64,000 bases of DNA from Eledone cirrhosa (Eukaryota): positions 19,406,001 to 19,470,000 of the forward strand of contig OZ024761.1 of the NCBI GenBank assembly GCA_964016885.1. Direction: 5' to 3'. The notes under the pieces are model-generated. The model was not told the DNA's origin and searched no databases. It saw nothing but the letters and a program-made list of their open reading frames with translations. The stretch's first letter is position 1. Every line of letters begins with the position of its first letter. Below are positions 54,876 to 64,000 of the stretch, piece after piece. Made by a program: the position numbers and the translations under genes.

Positions 54876-55504
54876 GGCATACATGACTTTTAGCGGTCGC
54901 AATAATGAAAGTAAATTTCTTCTTCTTTGCACGGCTCCATGTGTTCTCTATGAGCTGTGTGTGCACATCAGGGTCCGCAGGATCTACAAAGTTCCGTTCG
55001 TGCACCACAACATCATGAACGTAAATCCCACCTTCAATTTCCTCAGTTTCCGAATAGGAAGCCCAACTATCGGAGGTGATGCGGCTGTCTGGCAAAATCC
55101 ACTGCTGAATGATGGAGACGAGAGTGTCACGGCTTCGATTTGGGACTTCTACAAAGCAGCAGCGTCCAGAATGGCGTTCAACAGCGCCGAAGACCCAGTG
55201 GCCTTGTCTCCACAGGCAACGAGGATACTTTCTATGGAAGTATTTGGATTCTTCTATCTCGACAATGATGGACTCACCATTCTGCAAGCCTCATTACAAG
55301 ATTACTTCGGTATTGATTACTCTTCTCTCAACCGTCAACTACACACACACACATATATATAATCAGTTAAAACGACAGAGGCTCTGATTTTCTCTTTAAT
55401 CTCAGTAACTAATTTAGATCTAAACACACAAAATGTAAACACTACGTTCGAAAATGAAAATAAATTTACTTTCATTTTTCAGACCGTTAAAAGTCATGTA
55501 TGCC
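54876..55504 (-). mobile_element. Merlin (IS1595/ISXO2-like) DNA transposon, deleted derivative
   Basis: TIRs GGCATACATGACTTTTA / TAAAAGTCATGTATGCC. ORF 54841-55287 reads IVEIEESKY..RKY..WVFGAVER...ILPDSRITSDSWASY...VHERNFVDP...HTQLIENTWSRAK. Confidence 0.9.
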
Positions 55505-55506
55505 AC

Positions 55507-55538
<32 letters not shown>

Positions 55539-56984
55539 AAATCATATTGGTGAGATAAATTACTTATGTTGAAATAGTCAATTTAATATAGAAAATAATA
55601 TTTAGTTTACGTGAATGTCAAATTTGCCGGACTTCGTCACAAATCCTACCGTACAAAGTTAGCCACACATTTTCAATCACGTTTTCGTATTTTTGCAGTG
55701 AAATATTTTAATTAGAATGTTTGTTATGAAATAAAGTTTATTAAATAAATTCCTATTTAATTATATAATTTTTGCAATAGAATATAATAAAGTTAAGTAA
55801 CGAAAGTGAGGGGACAGCCAATCCTAGACAGTGGTGGCCATAACTGGACCCCAAAACCAAATATTCTGTATACATAAGTGTATGAAATTTTAAATATGCT
55901 ACACCTATATATATATATATATATATATATAGTGTACCTGAGTACTGTACACGATAATTTCATTATTGATTCACCAACACTACACCTGATATTCCCCCTC
56001 CATACACACACACGTGTATATCATGACTCATACACTGTTCATTTGCATATTATTCTATGTACCATTGATGAGTTGTAGTGCACCCGAGCACTGTACACAA
56101 TAATTTCATTATTATTATTTATTATAAATATATATTATTTATAATCGTTATAAACTTTTTTAATTAGCCAATAAAAACAGTTGATAGGTTTATATATGTT
56201 ATAATTTTAAACACAATCATTTAAGTCTAGCTGGTTGTGTGGTATGTCACAGGCTGGCCAGCATGATTGGTATGGTTTCGATCTCTCGATAAATTATTAT
56301 TTATTCATTTTTTACCTTAGTTATTTTTACTTTCAAGTCGATCCTAGTGCGTCTTTGGTACTTTATTTTATTTTATCGGCTCCGTAAGGCAACACTAATC
56401 TCGGTGGGACTTAAACTCAATTACAAGATTTTCGACTTTATTGAAATATAATTATATTACTTTTTACTTAGTTTAGCTGTAATGAATAGTCGTAGGACTT
56501 ACTAAGTGGTTAAGTAAATACTTTGTCTCACTTAAATGTAAAATGATTCATCTAAATATCTTTTATATTAAATAACGTACATACTTCTGGCAATATAACA
56601 ATATTTAATTAGAATTTAGCTTCAATCGACATAGCTGTATACAAATATTGTTATGAATTTCGTATATCTAAAGATATACGGTATGTTTATAAAGATAGAA
56701 TAGTACTTTCTGTACTACAGCTAAAGTTAGATTTACAAATATTATGTGTTATGTCTGTGTGTGTATATATATATGCAATATAATATATAAAGTTAGATTT
56801 ACAAATATTATGTGTTATGTCTGTGTGTGTGTATGTGTATATATATATATGTAATATAATGTATAGAAATAAACACACAAAGAAGTGTGTTTTGACTACA
56901 TGGGTTGAAAAACTACTTTGGTCCAATGCATATAATATATATAATGATGATGATGATATATGTATATATACATACACAAATAAA

Positions 56985-58368
56985 ACTGATGGATCAGGTT
57001 ATGAAAGTGACACAAAGGATATTAGCGCAACCAATTAGAAAAAGGGTCACACTAGATGAGATGCAGTTTGGTTTTGTGCCTGGGAAAAGTACAACAGATG
57101 CCCTCTTCTTAGTGAGACAACTACAAGAGAGGTTTTTAGAGGAGAATAGGCCACTATACTTAGCCTTTGATATGGTACCCCGATCTCTCATCTGGTGGTC
57201 CCTAAGGAAACTAGGTGTTGAGGAATGGCTTGTAAGGACAGTGCAAGCTTTGTACAGCGGTACTGTCAGTAAAGTGAGAGTAGGAATGGAGTTTAGTGAG
57301 GAATTCCAGATACAAGTAGGAGTACATCAGTGTTCGGTCCTCAGCCTGCTCTTGTTCATTATAGTCCTCCAAGCCATAACAGAGGAGTTTGAGACTGGAT
57401 GCCCATGAGAACTTCTCTATGCTGACGATCTGGTTCTTATAACAGAATCAGTAGAGGAGCTAGAGAATACATTCTGGCTATGGAAACAGCAGTTGGAATT
57501 AAGAGGACTGAGAGTGAACCTAGCTAAGACAAAAGAGGACAAAACTCTGATTCCGTCAGGGAAATGGCCATGTTCGATATGCAGAAAAGGAACTAGCATA
57601 AACTCTATAAAATGTACACAATGCAGATCTTGGGTACACAAGAGATGTAGTGGGATAGCAGGCAAACTAACAGGTAGGGAAAAATATGTATGCAGTAGAT
57701 GTACAGGGAAATCTGACAGTAGAAGTCGCATTGATAGACACATTTTTCCAATGCAGGTAGGTTCTATAGAAGTGGCTGATAGTTTCCGGTACTTAGATGA
57801 TCAGATTAGCGGGGCGTTCCGAGGCCATAGTATCTAAAATAAGGACAGGTTGGAAGAAGTTTAGGGAGCTGCTTCCTCTGCTGACGAAGAAGGGTTTCTC
57901 CCTGCGTACGAAAGGCTGGTTATATGATGCCTGTGTGAGGTGCACGATGCTGCATGGTAGTGAGACATGGGCAGCAACTGCAGAGGAGATGCGACGGATG
58001 GAGAGAAATGAAGCAAGCATGCTCCGTTGGATGTGCAATGTCAATGTACGTGAATGACTGAGCATGGGTGTGTTGTGAGAGAAACTGTGTCTGAGAGGAA
58101 TAAGTTGTAGTGTGCGGGAGAGAAGACCGTGATGGTATGGACATGTGATGCGCATGGAGGATGACCGCTGGGTAAAGAAATGCCAGTTGAAGGAAGATGC
58201 AGTAGAGGAAGACCACGAAAAACATGGGCGGAGGTGGTGAGAGTAGACTTCAGATCGCTGAAGTTCACAGTGGAGATGACGAAGGACTGTGACAAGTGGA
58301 GAGATGCTGTGCTGAATAGGACTCGTCCCACCCTTGCAAGCAGAGAAAAGCGGATGTAAAATGATAAT
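56985..58368 (+). mobile_element. RTE-clade LINE, 5'-truncated, RT domain with PHD-like finger
   Basis: QFGFVPGKSTTDALFLVRQLQE, GVHQCSVLS, ELLYADDLVL, CSIC/CTQC/HKRC/CSRC, FRYLDDQI, LYDACVRCTMLHGSETW; frameshifts and stops. 3' tail CCCACCCTTGCAAGCAGAGAAAAGCGGATGTAAAATG. Confidence 0.92.
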
Positions 58369-58504
58369 ATACACACATATAAAATCGTTTCTAATTTACT
58401 TTATTATTTGCTCCTTTAAGTAATATAAATATTTACCCAACTCGGAGAGAATACAGTGGAAAACCATAAATTCTATGTAGAAACCACATAAACTACAAGA
58501 TATA

Positions 58505-58832
58505 TATACATAAATTATAAGCCGTCATATATACTTAAATTATAAGGCTTGTTATATATACATAAACTATAAGACTTGTTATGTATACATAAACTATAAG
58601 ACTTGTTATGTATACATAAACTATAAGACTTGTCATATATACATAAATTATAAGCCGTCATATATACATAAACTATAAGACTTGTTATATATACATAAAC
58701 TATAAGACTTGTTATGTATACATAAACTATAAGACTTGTTATATATACATAAACTATAAGACTTGTTATATATACATAAACTATAAGACTTGTTATGTAT
58801 ACATAAATTATAAGACTTGTTATGTATACATA
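58505..58832. repeat. 27-bp minisatellite, ~11 copies
   Basis: Unit ATAAACTATAAGACTTGTTATRTATAC. Confidence 0.9.
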
Positions 58833-59299
58833 ATGAAAGGTAAAAAATAATCTGTTAATATTTTCATACACAGAAAAAAATCATGCTTTTACAAGTGTCA
58901 TAACTAATTGACTGTCGTGATTCGAGGGAAATTTGACTATCATTTCTGGCAAACGGGAGCAACTACCTCGATAGATGTTGCTTACTTTCAATCGTAAGGC
59001 CGTTGACCTCTAGTCTCGAGCCAGGAGGTTCATCCAGCCAGTGCTTTTCCTGGTTTGGGTGGTGTGAAGTGACCGAATACAAGACTCCTCTCTGGACAGA
59101 TTTGATATTATGTGAGATAATTATAAAGCCTTTACCGCAAAAATTACAATAGTAAATACAGAGTAATGTAAATGTTAAAGGGTTTACTGACCCTTCTTCC
59201 CCAACACATACACACACATGAGGGACAGACTAACTTTTGGGGCCTTTGGTATGCAGTTGAAATTGATGGAATAACTCTTCCAACTGAGCTAGGATTCAT

Positions 59300-59700
59300 T
59301 TTGCTTCTTCTCTTGTTTCCACAATGTCAGTGATATCATCCGTAAATTTGTACATTGGTGGTGGTACCAGGTGTCCTCTTATCTTCACTCCTTCCTCTCA
59401 GCAGCTTCTTACCCCTGTCAGCCATGGCCATCACAAAGAGGAATGACAAAATGGTGCCCCACATCCCCTCCATCATTATGGCTACTTCTAGAGCCTACCA
59501 CTTAGTATTGATGTGTTTGGTAGTAACTGGCATTATTACAAATCCAAAGAAATGCCTCAAAAGATCCATTACTTGTCCAGGAATGTGTAAGAAGTCTGAT
59601 AATATATGAAGCAACACCTAGGGGTGAAGGTGGACTGATCTGTATACATTTGCCAAGTCAAGCCAAACAAGCTGATAGTCCTTTTTTCCTATTTGCCTGC
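59300..59700 (-). mobile_element. HERO/NeSL-like RLE non-LTR retrotransposon RT remnant
   Basis: Minus strand reads KKDYQLVWLDLANVYRSV...W*ALEVAIMM...ILSFLFVMAM...FTDDIT, resembling VWLDLANAYGSVPH...GIMMGCTISPILFVMAM...FMDD. Confidence 0.65.
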
Positions 59701-60819
59701 TGAATGGAGCTCTAAATAATCTGTTAAAGCTCTAGACACCCCGACTCACCAAATCGTTTGATATTGGTGCAAGTTCCAGGTATTCTGGGTCATCATCTCA
59801 TCTGTGCAAGCTCCAGCCATTTTGCGTCATCAACTCATTTGTACAGGTTCTAGACATCTTGAGTCATCAAAGACGCACATCATTTGTGCAAGTTCTAGAC
59901 ATACGGGGTCACCAACTTTCAGTGCTTAGAGCTTCGATATTCTTCTAGTCAGCACTCTGTAAAAACAATTACCCTCCACATGAAGGATGGCTAGAACCAG
60001 TCAATAGATGTTACCCTATGCACCAGTCCTTATTATTGTTCCTTCTTCCTAGGCTTGCTGCAATAATTTTACCAACACACTGAGGACACCTGGGCAGTGT
60101 TTATACATCTGGTAACATGGTAAGATAGACATAGAAAAGACAGCATAATCTTGTTATTCCTACCAGACATCAGTTAGTGTTACAGTGACACACAGAATCA
60201 TGTTACCCCTACCATCAGTCAATAGTAACACAGAACCAGTAATTCACCTCTTACAGGCATGTAATGTATGTGGCTACAGTTCACAAATGTTAGAAATACA
60301 ACAAAGTTGAGAGAGAGGATAGAAGGATGATAATTTCAACTTACGTGGAGGTCATTCAGAAGTATTCAGAGTCAGTTGTGGTCCTGTGGTCAGGATTTCA
60401 ACTCAGGACACAGAAGACTGAAATAAACACCACTGTAAGCTTCCGACTCACTCTCCCCACTGATGTTGTCTAAAGATAAGGTAAGGGTCGCGATACAGCT
60501 AGGCACCAATGACCACCACCACCACCACCACCAAAAGGACGGAAATAGATACTGTGGTGAGTTTTCTCCTCCTCCCATTGATGTTGTCTAAAGGTAAGAT
60601 AAGGGTCATGATAGAGCTAGGCACCAGTGTGGTGTTGTGTATGGTGATGTGATGTGGTGTGGTGAGAGGAATCACATCATACGGGAACGGTCAAGTATAA
60701 AAGTGGAGAGAGAAGAGGAAAGACTTGCAGTTTATAAACTTACATAGTGTCAACTGTAGAGAAAGAGGAGAGAAGAAGAGGAGTAAAGAAGAGAGTCCTG
60801 GTGTTTGTATTTGTACAAT

Positions 60820-60924
60820 TTATTCATCTATCCAAAGTCTTTTCAACTTCCTGTTATTCACCCTCAATGCAGTGTCAAGAATCTCAGCAGAAATATCTTC
60901 TTCTGCCTTGTCAGCATTAATTAC
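60820..60924 (-). CDS. DTYMK: Thymidylate kinase, last coding exon
   Basis: Acceptor tttttgcag|G, phase 0. Translates VINADKAEEDISAEILDTALRVNNRKLKRLWIDE*, like the eukaryotic TMPK C-terminus (VxDAxxxxExxxxxI...LxxLW). Upstream exons lie beyond the window end. Confidence 0.88.
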   Translation of the reverse strand, partial: VINADKAEEDISAEILDTALRVNNRKLKRLWIDE

Positions 60925-61586
60925 CTGCAAAAAGATGGTAAAAATATACAAATGATTTGATATAGACCCCCAAACAAGATGTTTGGATAACATCCATGAG
61001 TTTCGCTGGTCTTGCTTAGGGATAAACAGCCAGATCAATTGTAGATGATAGCATCAATGAGATTGGCTGGTCTTGCTTGGGGAGAGACAACCAGATCAGT
61101 TGGAGACAGTTACTTCTGACAGGACCCGCAGGAGAGAGTATTTGAGGACTCTACCTCCATCACACTGCCAGGATTCAGTGGATGAAGAAGAAGGCTTGAT
61201 GGAATGATGGTCCTGTAATTCTCGAGGACGTCGGGGCATACATTGTTTCTTGGGCATTTTAAGCCTGGTGAAGCCCATCTCCTCTAATACAGACATCAGA
61301 TCTGAACCTGGATCAAATCCGATAATACAGGCAGTCTGATAGCGTTGATTAATAATACAGACATCAGATCTGATGCCAGATCAGATCCGATAATACAGGC
61401 AGTCTGATAGCGTTGACTAATAATACAGGCATCAGATCAGATCAGATAATACAGGCAGTGTGTATATGTTAATATGTATTAGTGTGTGTTAGAGAAAGAG
61501 ACTGTATAATATGGGTGTATTAGTATGTGTATGTATGAACATCTGAGTGTGTATGTGAGAGAGAGAGAGGAGTTTGTATATGTTAC

Positions 61587-61775
61587 CTTCCAACTTTCAT
61601 CCTTTAACTTCATAAATAGTGCGCGAACTTTCAGCTGGAATTCCAACACCTCGTAACGTTCCATTCCGTACCCGGACCTTTTCTTTGCGGCCTCTGGCTC
61701 CAGATCAAGGAAGAAAATACAATCTGGCTTAAGAATCCCTTTATCAGGGGACCTACACCACTGAATTGAGAGGGT
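61587..61775 (-). CDS. DTYMK: Thymidylate kinase, internal exon (LID region)
   Basis: Acceptor tctttgcag|A and donor AAG|gtaaca. Translates TLSIQWCRSPDKGILKPDCIFFLDLEPEAAKKRSGYGMERYEVLEFQLKVRALFMKLKDESWK, with TMPK motifs WCxxPDxGLxKPD and GxERYE. Confidence 0.94.
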
Positions 61776-62950
61776 CTGCAAAGATTCAAACAAGGGAACA
61801 TTGATTCAGATGATGTTTATTAAATAAACACACACAGAGAGATCATCATCATCGTTTAACGTCTATCTTCCACGCTAGCATGGGTTCGACGTAGGTAACC
61901 CTCATGGGTTAGATATAGGTAACTCTCACTAAAATGGAGAGGAGAGGAGAGATGGGCACATCAGTGGCGGTGATAGTTACAGATGTCGACCAGACACAGA
62001 TGTCAACAAGACACGAAAGTGAACTGGGCCCAGATGTCAACTAGGTATCATTGTAAACTAGTCATCTTCCTCATCATCATAGTTTTGACAGAAGTATTTG
62101 AGAATCAAATGTAGCATATATTCTGCTTCCTGCATTTCGTCCTACTTTGGTTCATAAATACACCACTACTATATATATACATATAACTGTTTCTACTTTT
62201 GGCACAAGGCCAGCAATTATCCCAGTGCATTACGGGTGCTTCATTTTATCGACCCTGTAAGGATGAAAGGCAAAGTTAACCCTGGCAGGATTTGAACTTA
62301 GACTGTAAAGGGCCGTAATTCTATGCTGCAAAGCATGTCATCCAATCTTCTACTGATACTACCAATCCACCACATATTATTCAAATCCTGCCATGGTTAA
62401 CTTTGCCTTTCATCTTTACGGGGTCAATAAAATAAAGTACCAGTAATACACTGGAATAATTCCTGGCCTTGTGCTAAATGTAGAAACAATTATATATGCA
62501 TATAAAAATCATCACCACCGTTTTACGTCCATTCTTCCACGCTAGCATGGGTTAGACGGGTTGCCCAGTTGTGGGCAATACCAGGTCAGGTGACTATGTC
62601 TTGTTGATACAGGAACTGATTCTGGCTTGATTTCTACAGCTGGATGCCCTTCCTAACACCAACCTCATTTACAGTGAGTGCTGGTTGCTTTTTTAACGTG
62701 GCGCCTACACGACAAACACACACACATATATTGGGCCATCAAGTATGAAATTTGTAGAAAAAAACAAATTTCATACTTGACAACCCTATATATATATATA
62801 TTATATATATATATATATATGTATTATATATATATATATAAAGTGAGCATCTTGGTCAGCCTATGAACTTCTCAGTCGACCCTCATATACAAGGAAGACC
62901 AAAAATTAAACGATGATGAGGATGATAAACAGAGAGAGATGTATACATAC

Positions 62951-63041
62951 CTCTTTAGCAGCAGAATAACAAATCCCTGAGAAGGCATAACGGTCCATGA
63001 TAATTGTGGTACCTTCATTGAGCATTTCTTGGATTTGACTC
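62951..63041 (-). CDS. DTYMK: Thymidylate kinase (dTMP kinase), internal exon
   Basis: Minus-strand acceptor ttatttccag|G and donor GAG|gtatgt. Translates [30 protein letters not shown], containing the TMPK DRY-x-x-S-G motif. Confidence 0.93.
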
Positions 63042-63554
63042 CTGGAAATAACAGAATAAGAAACATCCTTTCAATCTAATGACACACACAGATACAGATA
63101 CGATGTAATGACACGCTCATATGCACATACAATGTAATGACATACACACATACCTCCACATCTACACAATGTAATGGCACACACCTACCCACATACAGAG
63201 ACAGACATGTCACTACCAGCACAGTCTCCTCTCCTGTCTTCGCACCTCTGTGCCTCATCATTCAGACCAACTCATATTACATGCTCAGCAGAGCAAGCTC
63301 GCCTAATGTTACCCCCACCCGAAACCTTCACACATCTTTGACATTCATTTACCATCTCACCTATACATTAGAGGTTCTTTGGTAACAAAGATGGAAGACA
63401 GCAACAACAACAAGCATTTTATATCCATTTCAACCCCACATAAAACAGGGGTTAACTCTGCAAGCCCCACCACAGGCATCATAGCAATAATGGGGTCCTT
63501 TTTGAGAAATATTTTACATTGCACCAAGTCTTTTAGTCCCTTTTGCAACATACA

Positions 63555-63975
63555 GGGATACAGTGTACCTATTCTAAAACAGATATACACAGGGATACAG
63601 TGTTCCTATTGTAAACCTGATATAAAGGGATAGAGTGTAGATAATCTAAACCTGATATACACTAAGGGATACAGTGTACCTATTCTAAACTTGAGACAAC
63701 CGGGATAGTATATCTATTCCAAACCAGATACACACAGGGATACAGTGTACCTATCGTAAACCTGATATACAGGGAATAGTGTACCTCTTTCTAAATTAGA
63801 TACACACAGGGATACGGTGTACCTATTCTAAATCTGAGACACACAGGGATACAGTGTACCTATTGTAAACCAGATACACAGGGATAGTGTACCTACTGTA
63901 AACTAGATATACACAGGCATACAGTGTACCTATTGTAAACTAGATAGACACAGGGATACAGTGTACCTAGGCATA
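63555..63975. repeat. Degenerate ~35-bp tandem repeat in DTYMK intron
   Basis: Repeated CAGGGATACAGTGTACCTATTSTAAAC...GATA. Confidence 0.8.
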
Positions 63976-64000
63976 CAATGTAAACCAAATACATGCAGAA

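Noticed and set aside
61000-61300. Possible LINE RT fragment in the DTYMK intron
   Set aside because: Only a vague resemblance; no diagnostic motif readable.
62872-63066. Listed 64-aa [15 protein letters not shown]...
   Set aside because: Wrong frame; the real DTYMK exon (62951-63041) reads [10 protein letters not shown]...DRYAFSG in another frame.

Overview
Repeat-dense eukaryotic genomic DNA. The SINE families, huge microsatellite-filled introns and gene content suggest an octopus or other cephalopod, but this is an inference. Two host genes are recognisable, arranged convergently. On the + strand are three coding exons of a Storkhead-box (STOX1/2-like) winged-helix transcription factor (22514-22744, 35611-35973, 37281-38914; 5' exon not found). 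On the - strand are the last three coding exons of thymidylate kinase DTYMK (63041-62951, 61775-61587, 60924-60820). The rest is microsatellites, minisatellites (27, 33, 44, 48, 49, 50 and ~102 bp units), two tRNA-derived SINE families, a degenerate tRNA-His and decayed transposons (R4/Dong-like, CRE-like, HERO/NeSL-like and RTE LINEs; maT DD37D; a hAT MITE; two Merlin elements; a Helitron Rep). Most unusual are (i) a dispersed set of minimal type-I hammerhead ribozyme motifs with covarying stems, in short cassettes inserted in (TA)n tracts, and (ii) a 1.55-kb palindrome built from three nested hairpins with flip/flop loops, next to the Helitron HUH-Rep relic. Almost all ORFs in the supplied track are low-complexity artefacts.
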